NCBI GenBank assembly: GCA_032128375.1 | Contig: JAQBGU010000099.1 | Location: forward strand, 17,079-81,078 | Reading direction: 5' to 3' | Origin: Deltaproteobacteria bacterium | GTDB taxonomy: Bacteria > Myxococcota_A > UBA9160 > SMWR01 | Length of the DNA stretch: 64,000 nt | Shown here: positions 8,613 to 17,698 of the stretch, piece by piece | Layout: each line of letters opens with the position of its first letter | How positions within the stretch are numbered: the first letter of the stretch is position 1 | Program-made: the position numbers and the translations under genes | The notes under the pieces: generated by a model | Seen by the model: the letters and a program-made list of their open reading frames with translations, nothing else | The model's database searches: none | Told to the model about the DNA's origin: nothing

Positions 8613-9260
8613 TCAGATCTGGGATCCCTTGAGTGCCGCTCCGTAGTCGGCACCTCGCAACATCAGCGCGCTCGCGGTCTGGGTCTGGTCAATGATTCCG
8701 GTCTGGCCATGCAGGCCACCCGCCCAACCGACCAGCGAAGCGAACCATACCATCTGCATTGAAAAAGCGAGCGCGCGCTCCTCGTCGCTCGGTGGGATCC
8801 CCGAGCGCGCGGCTTTCGGACCACGGATTGCCTGCGTGATCAGATCGGACACTCGCGTGTGAAACGCCGCAACGCGCGCTGTGAGTTCCGGTTCGCCGCT
8901 AGCGACCGCGCGCAGCAGAGCACGCGCGAGGTTCGGCCGACGGCACAGCGCCTTGGTCACGATCGAAAAAAACGACATCACGCGTGCCTCGGTGGTCTCG
9001 CCGCGCGGCGGTTTCTGCTCGATCCGCCGTTCGAGTTCCTCCATCTCGATCTCGAGCGCCGCCAGCAGCAGATCCTCCTTGCTGCGAAATCGCCGGTACA
9101 AAGTCCCGAGCGCGACGCCCGCGTGAGCTGCCACATCGCGAAGCCGAACCGCCTCGAACCCGCCCTTCTCCGCCAGTTCGACAGCAGTCGCCACGATTCG
9201 CCGAGATCGCTCTTCCACCTCGCTATTAGAACACGTTTCACCGGCCGGAGCGAGAGCCAA
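8613..9260 (-). CDS. kstR: TetR-family repressor, KstR-like (true start may be GTG at 9218)
   Basis: RIVATAVELAEKGGFEAVRLRDVAAHAGVALGTLYRRFRSKEDLL resembles the KstR HTH; KstR boxes occur at its 5' end and across the cluster. Confidence 0.72.
   Translation of the reverse strand: MALAPAGETCSNSEVEERSRRIVATAVELAEKGGFEAVRLRDVAAHAGVALGTLYRRFRSKEDLLLAALEIEMEELERRIEQKPPRGETTEARVMSFFSIVTKALCRRPNLARALLRAVASGEPELTARVAAFHTRVSDLITQAIRGPKAARSGIPPSDEERALAFSMQMVWFASLVGWAGGLHGQTGIIDQTQTASALMLRGADYGAALKGSQI
9227..9240. promoter_or_regulatory. KstR-type operator at the start of the TetR gene (possible autoregulation)
   Basis: TAGAACACGTTTCA, identical to the 5961 box. Confidence 0.75.
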
Positions 9261-9583
9261 GCGATTCGCCCGGGCGCAGCGTCATGAATTCGCAATACGC
9301 CCGGGCACTCACCTGCGGCAGAACCGCACCTCTCGATTGAATCAGGTGGGCAACATCATTTCAATTTGGTGTTTCGAAAACGACAATTTTCGGCACCCAG
9401 CACTCCCTAGATGCAACCAGTGCGCAGGCCGGAATCGAATGCCGCAACGCGTGTGCAACTTGGACCGCGCTACTTCCCATCGGGTGTGTATTTCGTTTCC
9501 CAGTTCGCGACGCTCGATCACCGAATCGAGTCGATACGTGATTGCAGTCGCCCGCCAGCCTCGTGGTGAGCAGATGGCGCCCA

Positions 9584-9599
9584 TGGCATGCCCCTTGCA
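9584..9599 (+). promoter_or_regulatory. sigma54 (RpoN) -24/-12 promoter
   Basis: TGGCATG-CCCC-TTGCA, near-perfect match to TGGCACG-N4-TTGCA, about 80 bp upstream of ORF 9678. Confidence 0.65.
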
Positions 9600-9677
9600 C
9601 GTTATTCGCAATAAGTGGACGGGCCGTTCTGAGGCCCACTGCGAGTCATGTCGGTGGGCTAGTGGAGGCATGGCGCA

Positions 9678-10037
9678 ATGCATCAACGAATCCATCAAAC
9701 AGTGCATCGAACAAGGAGGCTACCTCCCTATGCGATCGTCACGATGACTGCGTTGATACTGGGCCTTTCAGGCCCGGTATTCGCCGACGATGAGGGGAAG
9801 AAAGTCATCGTGGAAGCACCTAGAAAGAGGCTGAGTAGCGACACCGTGACACGGCTCGACAACTTGCCCGAGACGGAACCAAACTGGTTTCGCGCAAACA
9901 TTCACACCGCGAAGAAGCACGGATTCGAATTCAGTCGGAGCTACATGACGAAAGACCGCGAGAAGATCATCTTCAATGTGAAGGGCCCCATCATCAGCAA
10001 GAAGACGGCTGGGCTCACGTTCGAGATTCGCTTCTAG
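9678..10037 (+). CDS. small putative secreted protein
   Basis: Signal-peptide-like segment (TALILGLSGPVFA|DD), alternating beta-strand pattern and C-terminal ...GLTFEIRF; GGAGG upstream. Confidence 0.6.
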   Translation: MHQRIHQTVHRTRRLPPYAIVTMTALILGLSGPVFADDEGKKVIVEAPRKRLSSDTVTRLDNLPETEPNWFRANIHTAKKHGFEFSRSYMTKDREKIIFNVKGPIISKKTAGLTFEIRF

Positions 10038-10170
10038 GAGTCTGCGCGGTAGAGCGCCAGCTCTGGCCTGCAGGCGACGACGGTGCAGAATTCGAAGAAT
10101 TCCCCCCTGGCCGATCTGAACCAAGATTCGACGGGGGCACGCTCGCGAACTGCTAGCTTCGGCCACAACG

Positions 10171-11286
10171 ATGGCCGGGTCACTCAAATCCCGATTCGAG
10201 AGCCTACTGGCGCAGCTGCCGGTGCCCGCGCTTCGAGACGTCGTGGTCAAGCGCCCGAGCGTCGGTCCCAACCTCGATGCGCTCGATGGCATTCGAGGAC
10301 TGGCCGTCACGCTGGTCATCGCGAGCCACTGCGACGCCTTCCATTTGAAGGGCCAGGGCGCAGTTGGTGTTTTTCTGTTCTTTTGCCTCAGCGCATTTCT
10401 GCTGACCCTCCCCTTTCAAGACACCGCCATCACAGCCGAGCGCCTGCGCCATTATGCGTCGAGGCGGATTCGCCGAATTCTCCCGATCTACTACGGCGTG
10501 ATCGTGTTCTCCTTTTTCCAGAGCAACGTCGCCGAACCTGCGTACTTGTGGAAGCATTTCCTGTTCATTCGCGCCGATGGAATTTTCTGGACGATTCCAC
10601 AGGAGATGCTCTTCTACGTCTTGCTGCCGCTGCTGGCCCAAGCGCACTTCATGTTGTTTCGAAACAACTTTGCGATCACCGCCGGCGCCTTCTTTCTCTT
10701 CGCGGGCACATGTCAGCTATTTCTCGACGAGTCGGTTTTCACACTCAACGGCAATGGCAAGCAGCTGCGCTTCCTGCTGGGGATTTTTGCAACCGGGATG
10801 GCGTTCGCATATGCCTATCGCTGCGCCCCACTCACGCGGATCGTAGTGCAGCCGGTGATCAATCGCGCACTCGGCTGGCTGGGAATGGTAATTCTCGCAT
10901 TCCTTGTGTTGAGCGCGAACTACTACCACGCGGCGGTCTTGAATTCTCTGCCGCTCGTCGGGTCATGGTTTGCCGGGCTCCATGTCAAGCTCGGGCTGTA
11001 CTACAAGGGCACGTTTGGATTCATCTGTGGTCTACTCATCTACATCACTCTGGTTTGTCGAACCCGCCTGATCCATCGGATCATGTCATCCCTGACACTG
11101 CGCGGGTTGGGTGTCACCTCCTACAGCCTCTACCTTGTGCACATCATCGTGCGAGATGCCGTGGCCGGCCTGGGCTTCGAAATGGGTGACCCGTTGTTCG
11201 GGCTGACGATGGCGGCATCCTACGCGATAGCGTGTATCCTGTACGCAGTGATCGAGCGACCGTTCATGCAATTGAAGACGAGCTGA
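10171..11286 (+). CDS. acyltransferase family 3 (OafA-like membrane O-acyltransferase)
   Basis: LDGIRGLAV...SH, GVFLFFCLSAFL, RRIRRILPIYY, FWTIPQEMLFY, SYSLYLVH, IERP. Confidence 0.9.
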   Translation: MAGSLKSRFESLLAQLPVPALRDVVVKRPSVGPNLDALDGIRGLAVTLVIASHCDAFHLKGQGAVGVFLFFCLSAFLLTLPFQDTAITAERLRHYASRRIRRILPIYYGVIVFSFFQSNVAEPAYLWKHFLFIRADGIFWTIPQEMLFYVLLPLLAQAHFMLFRNNFAITAGAFFLFAGTCQLFLDESVFTLNGNGKQLRFLLGIFATGMAFAYAYRCAPLTRIVVQPVINRALGWLGMVILAFLVLSANYYHAAVLNSLPLVGSWFAGLHVKLGLYYKGTFGFICGLLIYITLVCRTRLIHRIMSSLTLRGLGVTSYSLYLVHIIVRDAVAGLGFEMGDPLFGLTMAASYAIACILYAVIERPFMQLKTS

Positions 11287-11340
11287 CCGCGACGGGCAGG
11301 CCTTCACCGCCAGGCGGTTTGCGCGCGCGACTAACCGGCG

Positions 11341-11727
11341 CTACTTGTCGTAACGCAACTCGGCGTCACCGATCGTGATGATATCGCCGGGTGAGAGTTC
11401 GCAGTTCTTGACGCTCTTTCCGTTCACGTAGGTCAAATTGCGCGCCTGAAGGTCCCAGATGTGGACTCGTCCGCCTCTGACGCGAAGCTCAGCGTGATAC
11501 CGCGACACCTGCTTGGACGGAATCACGATGTCGTTATCATCGAGTGCACCGATCCGAGTTCGCCCGCCCAGCAGCTCGATCTGCTCACCCTGACGCGGCC
11601 CTTTGACGATAGTGATCTGGCCCAACGACCCCTTCGCCCCGCCCATGTTGCGCAAAACCAGAATCAAGACGACCGCCGCGGCGACCGCGACGATCGCTGC
11701 GATGACCACCGTTGTGCTGTCCATCAA
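11341..11727 (-). CDS. membrane-anchored FHA domain protein
   Basis: N-terminal TM helix followed by RIGALDDNDIVIPSKQVSRYHAEL...NLTYVNG...LSPGDIITIG. Confidence 0.85.
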   Translation of the reverse strand: MMDSTTVVIAAIVAVAAAVVLILVLRNMGGAKGSLGQITIVKGPRQGEQIELLGGRTRIGALDDNDIVIPSKQVSRYHAELRVRGGRVHIWDLQARNLTYVNGKSVKNCELSPGDIITIGDAELRYDK

Positions 11728-11730
11728 CCC

Positions 11731-12423
11731 CTACCCTTCGAGCTCGAGACGGCAGACTGTCCCGCCCAGCTGAATCTTCGCACCATCAGCCACGGCGACC
11801 GCCCCAGATACGGGCTCGCCCTCGACTGAGGTGATCTTGTCGCTCACCGACTCGATCTCGATTCGCCCCATCTCGCATCTCAGCACGGCGTGGTTGCGAG
11901 AAATCCACATGCTGGGCAGCACCACATCGCATTCCGGAGACCGTCCGATCTGGTTTTCGCCCTCGCGCACTTCGAATTCCTCGCCCTTGAGATCGCCCTT
12001 GATGACGACCAGCTTACCGACCACGACTCGGGCCACCTGAAAGAACAGCGTGGCTTCCTGGCCCGGCCGGTCTGGAGCCAGCGGCGGGACCTCGAGCATC
12101 AACGTTTCTTCCGCATCGGCCGCCACTCGCTGAGCCACCGATGCGACGGGAGAAGTATCCGGAAGCTCCGAGCCATCGCTCTCGAAGGCGAGCGCGTCGT
12201 TCGAGGCCGAGGCGGGGGGAGCGGTATCGCCCCGTATCGGCGCGGTAGATACCGCAACCGTGGCGTCCGCAACGGGTTTGGGCGTCGGCGCCGCGCCGAT
12301 AAATGACGTCAGCTCATCGCGATCGCGCTGAACAGCGACCGCGGGCTCCACTTTGATCTTTGGCGGCGCAGTCCTCGCTGACCCTGCACCGACCAAGCGT
12401 CGCAACCAATCGATCAATCCCAA
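11731..12423 (-). CDS. FHA domain protein with long low-complexity N-terminal linker
   Basis: C-terminal NQIGRSPECDVVLPSMWISRNHAVL...GAKIQLG; Pro/Ala/Thr-rich N-terminal half; TTG start. Confidence 0.85.
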   Translation of the reverse strand: MGLIDWLRRLVGAGSARTAPPKIKVEPAVAVQRDRDELTSFIGAAPTPKPVADATVAVSTAPIRGDTAPPASASNDALAFESDGSELPDTSPVASVAQRVAADAEETLMLEVPPLAPDRPGQEATLFFQVARVVVGKLVVIKGDLKGEEFEVREGENQIGRSPECDVVLPSMWISRNHAVLRCEMGRIEIESVSDKITSVEGEPVSGAVAVADGAKIQLGGTVCRLELEG

Positions 12424-12888
12424 GGCTTCCCCCCCGGCGGGTGTGCCAAAACCCCCTCGGTAGTTTCAGCTTACCCGCTTCAACATCGATACGGTAGCCA
12501 TCGTTGTCTATCGGTCAGTAATCCGCGCTGCGTGACGATTTCGGACCCTCTCAGCGCTCGCCCTCATCGGCTGTCGCTCAATAAATTGTCCGGGTCAGCC
12601 GACCAGTCACAATCACCTCGCGTATGCGCACCTGCGTGGAAACCCGCAGACCTATATGTAGACGAATCTGATGAACAGCGATCTCTCGCATCTCACTGCT
12701 TCCATGCAACGGCCATCTATACTCTCCCCCCGCGGCAGACATTTCGTGTGCGTTGATTCCCGGCAACAGCGTAGCGATCATCGCGGGTTCGCAGATACAA
12801 TCAAGCTTATCGAGCCGATGGACAACGGGCATGTGTAGTCCAGAATCGATGGACCCGACACGCAAAACAGGGACATGAACGGGTCAGT

Positions 12889-15800
12889 ATGAACCCTCGC
12901 GAGTTAGATCGGATCGGGCGCTACCGGGTTCGGCGCTTCATCGCCGAAGGCGGTATGGCCTGGGTCTTCGAGGTCGAAGACCCGACCTTCGAGGGTCGAA
13001 GACTCGCGCTGAAGATGCTCAAGCCCGAGGCGGCTGAGGGTGACCAGTTTCGACGCTTCGAGTCCGAGGCAAGGCTCCTTGCGGGCATCGACCACCCCAA
13101 CCTGATTACGATCTTCGATCTCGGTAACGACGCAGAGACTGGTTGTTACTACTACACCATGAACATGGTGGAAGGCCCTGCACTGTCTGACAAGGGCGTC
13201 TTGTCGGTCGACGAAGCGGTTCCCATCTTCATCGAGGTGCTGGCGGGTCTCGCCAAATTACACGAGCGCGGGATCGTCCACCGAGACATCAAACCTGCCA
13301 ATATCCTGACCCACACCGATGGACGCGCCGTAGTCGCGGACCTCGGCATCGCGCGTGTCGAAAGCATGTCATCAGATCTCACCAAGACGATGATGGCGAT
13401 TGGCACCGTGAAGTACATGTCGCCAGAACAGGCCCGAGGTCACAAAGTCGGAGCCGCCAGCGACGTGCTTTCGGTGGGACTCACGTTCTATCAGGTGGTC
13501 ACGGGCGAATCCGTCTACGACTCGGTCGACTCCATCGATTCGGGCAGCGGCCAATCGATCTTGTTCTACCTCGGCGCGATGAGCGGTCGCTCCGGAAGTG
13601 AACTTCCGATGGTATTCAGCTCCGATTTCCCAAGCGCAATCCGCAAAGTCATCCTCAAGTCGTGCCGATTCAAAGCTGAGGATCGCTACCAGAATGCGGG
13701 CGAGATGCGCCAGGCCCTCATCGCGGCCCACCAGCAGCCGGCTAGCCCGGTCGGATTGCGGATGTCGACCGGTCTCATTGGTGGCGCGCTAGCGGCGATC
13801 GCCGCGGTGGCGGGTATCGTCTGGTACGGGAGTACCCAGATCGCGGCAACGAACGCAGACGATGCCTTGGCCCGACTGGATCAGGTGCAAGCCGGCGCTT
13901 CCGCGATCGTCGAGCAAACCGCATCACTGAGTCCACCCATCCCGAACGAGCTGTCGGAAGAAGTGGAAAAACGCATGTCGCATGCTGAAATTTTCGGTTT
14001 GCAGGGACGCGAGAAACTCGAAACCGGCAACGCGAGCAGTGCGCTGGTTCTGATCGAAGACGCAATCGACTACTACCAGAAAGTCTGCAGCGAAATTCTA
14101 ACCAAGGACCTGAACAGTCGGGCAGAAGCATCCGCAAACAATGCGAAATCTCGCGTAAATGAAATCAGCACACACGAGTCTCGGCAACTCCTTCCCGATG
14201 CTTTCGCAGGGTTGAATGCGATGCTCGCCGGCCTCGAACCTCCCGCAGCAGACTTGGCGCCATGCGAAGCCGGCCAACAGCAGCTGGCACGCCTCGAAGT
14301 CAGTGGAAAATTGTCGACTGAAGCCGGGCTGGTAGAGCGCAACCTCAAGGACGAATGGCCGCGGTTGGCGAATCGCGCAAAAGAGGCTGCCGATCAGGCG
14401 GAGCGCTCTGCGCAAGAGCTGTCGGTCGAAGCGATCGCGTATACCGGGCCGCTGGCGGAAGGACGGGAATCCAAAGCCGATGGCGAAGCCGCCCTCGCGG
14501 CCGAAGATTTTCTGGGGGCCCGACGTGCGTTTGTCGCAGCACGCGAATCGTTCGAGATGGCAGCACAACTCGCCCCCGCCGCCCGAGCGCGCGAGGAGGC
14601 CCTGGCCCTGCATCTAGACAGCAGCGCCGACTTGAAAAGCCAGAGTGTGGTCACAGGAGCACTGAAATCAGCCGAAGCACTCTACTCTGCAGAGCGCTGG
14701 GCTGAGGCCACAGGCGAGTTCAAAGCCCTGACAACACTGATCCAGGGCCTCGCTGCGGACCGGAAGGCCGCATCGGCAGCGCTGGCGGCGGCCGACGCCG
14801 CCGCGAAACAACGAGCGGAAGCCCTGAGCGATGGTGCGGAATTTTCCGCCGGAGACGAGTTGGCTGCCGCCGAGCGGGCGCGCTCCGGAGCGGTCGCCGA
14901 ACTCGAAGCCAAACGCTACGACTCCGCGGAGTCGGGTTTTGCTCGCGCGCAGTCCCACTACCAGAGCGCCAAGGCAAAAGCGTCAGCTCGATTGGCTGAG
15001 GCCCTCGAATCGGCCGCCAAGACGCGCAAGCAAGGCGCAGAGCTGATCGAAAGCGGGCAGTGCGAGAGCCTGGGCGGACCCGCTCGGACACCCTGCATCG
15101 AAGGAACGGAATCGGAGCGCCTCGGCCTCGCTGCGCTCGCAGAGCGCAATACGCCCGACGCGATGCACAGCTTCGAGCACGCTCGTGGCCGCTATCAGGT
15201 CGCGGGCAGCGCGGAGCGCGCGTTTCTGGCTAACCGCCCCCAACCTCCGTTTCTGGTCAAGCGCGAACCCAGTGACAAAGTCGTTCGACAATTCCGCAAT
15301 ACGCCGGTCAATCTCAAAATCGAGGCAGCCGATCCGAACCAGAGTGACGTCCTGCGCTACAGCTGGAACGTCGACGGAAAAACGGCCGGCGGGGATTCCC
15401 CGGCATTCACATACCGGGGCGACCGGGATGCCGAGGTCACGGTTACTGTCGATGATGGGCACCAAGGCCTCATAGAGCAGACCTGGCAGCTCTCGTTCGA
15501 CAACCGCCAGCCCAACTTGAGTCTGTCCCCCAGTTCGCGGAGTGTCGCGTTATCCGTCGGAGAAAAATACGAGTTCGAGGCGAACGCGACAGATCCCGAC
15601 GGTGAGAGTGTTCGATACGCGTTTGCGGTCAACGGCGAGCAGGTCTCCACCAAACCCCGCTACACCTTCGTCGCCGAGCGCGCCGGATCCTTCGAGGTCA
15701 CCGCTCGTGCCATCGATGGGGGCGGAGCGAGCGTCCGCAAATCGGTCCAAATCAAGGTTGCGGCGAAGGCCCCGCCGCCCCAGGTCGCGGTCGCGAAGCC

Positions 15801-16263
15801 GAAGACGGCCCCGCCTCCGCCGGCGGTAACCAAGCCCAGAGCACCCGAACCGATCGCAACACCGGAGCCCGCCCCGGTTGTCGTGGCGAAGATCCCGACA
15901 CCCGCTCCCAGCCCGCCGACGGCCGCAAAGGCCGACCCCAACAGCTCCGGTGTCGCTGCGCTTCGCGAATACGAATCCGCCTACGAATCGCTCGATGTCG
16001 GTCGCCTGAGCCGCGTCTGGATCATGAATCGAAATCAAAAGAAGGCGATGACCACGATGTTCAAGGATGTGAAGTCGCTGACTCTCGATCTTACGATCCT
16101 GGGCGTCACGGTTGAGGACGAAAGTGTCCACATCGACTTCGACCAGAAGATCACGAGTCAAGGAAGAGCTCGCATCAGCTCCAAGCCCGCACGGATGACC
16201 GCCACGGTCATCCCCCAAGCGGGTGGCAGATGGATCATCTCCAGCATCCTGCCTCGCGGCTGA
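12889..16263 (+). CDS. Hanks-type Ser/Thr protein kinase with TM helix and large extracytoplasmic region
   Basis: AEGGMAWV, ALKML, HRDIKPANIL, DLGIAR, GTVKYMSPEQARG; TM near aa 295-315; Ala-rich helical region, two PKD/Ig-like repeats (ADPNQSDVLRYSW, TDPDGESVRYAF), Pro-rich linker, NTF2-like C-terminus. Confidence 0.93.
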   Translation: MNPRELDRIGRYRVRRFIAEGGMAWVFEVEDPTFEGRRLALKMLKPEAAEGDQFRRFESEARLLAGIDHPNLITIFDLGNDAETGCYYYTMNMVEGPALSDKGVLSVDEAVPIFIEVLAGLAKLHERGIVHRDIKPANILTHTDGRAVVADLGIARVESMSSDLTKTMMAIGTVKYMSPEQARGHKVGAASDVLSVGLTFYQVVTGESVYDSVDSIDSGSGQSILFYLGAMSGRSGSELPMVFSSDFPSAIRKVILKSCRFKAEDRYQNAGEMRQALIAAHQQPASPVGLRMSTGLIGGALAAIAAVAGIVWYGSTQIAATNADDALARLDQVQAGASAIVEQTASLSPPIPNELSEEVEKRMSHAEIFGLQGREKLETGNASSALVLIEDAIDYYQKVCSEILTKDLNSRAEASANNAKSRVNEISTHESRQLLPDAFAGLNAMLAGLEPPAADLAPCEAGQQQLARLEVSGKLSTEAGLVERNLKDEWPRLANRAKEAADQAERSAQELSVEAIAYTGPLAEGRESKADGEAALAAEDFLGARRAFVAARESFEMAAQLAPAARAREEALALHLDSSADLKSQSVVTGALKSAEALYSAERWAEATGEFKALTTLIQGLAADRKAASAALAAADAAAKQRAEALSDGAEFSAGDELAAAERARSGAVAELEAKRYDSAESGFARAQSHYQSAKAKASARLAEALESAAKTRKQGAELIESGQCESLGGPARTPCIEGTESERLGLAALAERNTPDAMHSFEHARGRYQVAGSAERAFLANRPQPPFLVKREPSDKVVRQFRNTPVNLKIEAADPNQSDVLRYSWNVDGKTAGGDSPAFTYRGDRDAEVTVTVDDGHQGLIEQTWQLSFDNRQPNLSLSPSSRSVALSVGEKYEFEANATDPDGESVRYAFAVNGEQVSTKPRYTFVAERAGSFEVTARAIDGGGASVRKSVQIKVAAKAPPPQVAVAKPKTAPPPPAVTKPRAPEPIATPEPAPVVVAKIPTPAPSPPTAAKADPNSSGVAALREYESAYESLDVGRLSRVWIMNRNQKKAMTTMFKDVKSLTLDLTILGVTVEDESVHIDFDQKITSQGRARISSKPARMTATVIPQAGGRWIISSILPRG

Positions 16264-16375
16264 CCGTTGCACCGATACACATCGGCAACGAACCTCGGTT
16301 GAACGCTTGGGTTTTTCACAAGCTGTGAGTAGAATCGAGCGCGCCAGCGAGTGGGCGAAGTAATTGGGGGTGTCG

Positions 16376-17662
16376 ATGGAGTTCTCCTTCTGGCCGATGG
16401 TCATGCAGCTTGCGAGCCTGTTGATTTTGCTCGTGGTGTTGGGAGAAGCGGGTCTCGTGCTGTTCGCGGGTGTGCGACGGTACTTTTACCAGCAGGACGT
16501 CTACAGTCTTTCTCTCGAGAATTTCGAAGAGCGGCTGATGGCTGCTCGCACTCGTACAGTCAACCGCGGCCGTGAGGCCAGCTCGTGGGCGGGCTTTCGC
16601 AAATTTCGCGTGGCGAAAAAGCTCGAAGAGGGTGGTGGCGTCTCGTCGTTCTACTTGGAAGCGCACGACAACAAGCCAATCCCGTCTTTCAAGCCTGGCC
16701 AATATCTGACTTTCTCCCTCGATATTCCGGCGGAGAGTCGGCCGGTGATTCGCTGCTACTCGCTATCGGACGCACCCGACCCGACCTACTTCCGAGTCAG
16801 CATCAAAAAAATCCCGCCGCCGCGCGACAAGCCCGAGCTTCCGTGGGGGAAAAGTTCTGCGTTCTTTCACGACCAGCTCGAAGTCGACAGCCTGCTCAAC
16901 GTCAAGGCGCCGTCGGGCGACTTTTTTCTCGACATGGCGAAGAGCCGACCGGTCGTGCTGATTGGTGGTGGAGTCGGGATTACGCCGGTGCTCTCCATGT
17001 TGAATACGCTCGCAGCGCGGGACCTCGACCGCGACGTGCATTTCTTCTACGGCGTGCGACACGCCGAGGAGCACATCCAGCGCGAGCATCTCTCGGAGCT
17101 AGCGGCGCGCTTTCCGCAGAGTTTGCACATCCACGTCTGCTACAGCGGCGTACCGGTCGATGAATTGCCGGTCGACGCCAACGTTCGATACCACTCGGAG
17201 TTCGTCAGCGTCGAGCTCTTCAAGCGCGAACTTCCCTCCAGCAACTTCGAGTACTACATCTGCGGTCCGCCGCCCATGATGAACTCCGTCACTACCGACC
17301 TTCGCGAATGGGGCGTGCCCGACGCAGACGTCCACTGGGAGGGTTTCGGTCCTGCGACCGTGAAGCAGACTCCCCGGGCCAAGGCGGTCGGAGCGGAATC
17401 GAGCGAAAAGCTGATGGTCAAATTCGCGAAATCGGGAAGCGAGATCCAGTGGAATCCCGAAGCCGGATCGCTGTTGGAATTTGCAGAGGAAAACGGGATC
17501 GTGATCGACTCCGCGTGCCGGGCCGGCAGTTGTGGCACGTGTGTGACCGCGATCAAGAACGGTGAAATCGAATATCTCGCGGACCCTGGCAGCACCCCGG
17601 ATTCCGGGACCTGCCTCACGTGCATTTCCGTGCCGAAGTCGGACCTCGTTCTCGATGCCTAG
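16376..17662 (+). CDS. membrane-anchored FAD/NAD(P)H oxidoreductase with C-terminal 2Fe-2S ferredoxin domain
   Basis: N-terminal hydrophobic helix; RCYSLS (FAD), GGGVGITP (NAD), YICGPPPM, CRAGSCGTC...CLTC (2Fe-2S). Confidence 0.9.
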   Translation: MEFSFWPMVMQLASLLILLVVLGEAGLVLFAGVRRYFYQQDVYSLSLENFEERLMAARTRTVNRGREASSWAGFRKFRVAKKLEEGGGVSSFYLEAHDNKPIPSFKPGQYLTFSLDIPAESRPVIRCYSLSDAPDPTYFRVSIKKIPPPRDKPELPWGKSSAFFHDQLEVDSLLNVKAPSGDFFLDMAKSRPVVLIGGGVGITPVLSMLNTLAARDLDRDVHFFYGVRHAEEHIQREHLSELAARFPQSLHIHVCYSGVPVDELPVDANVRYHSEFVSVELFKRELPSSNFEYYICGPPPMMNSVTTDLREWGVPDADVHWEGFGPATVKQTPRAKAVGAESSEKLMVKFAKSGSEIQWNPEAGSLLEFAEENGIVIDSACRAGSCGTCVTAIKNGEIEYLADPGSTPDSGTCLTCISVPKSDLVLDA

Positions 17663-17698
17663 GCACGAGATGCACTCGACTCGAGTGCGCCAGGAGGA

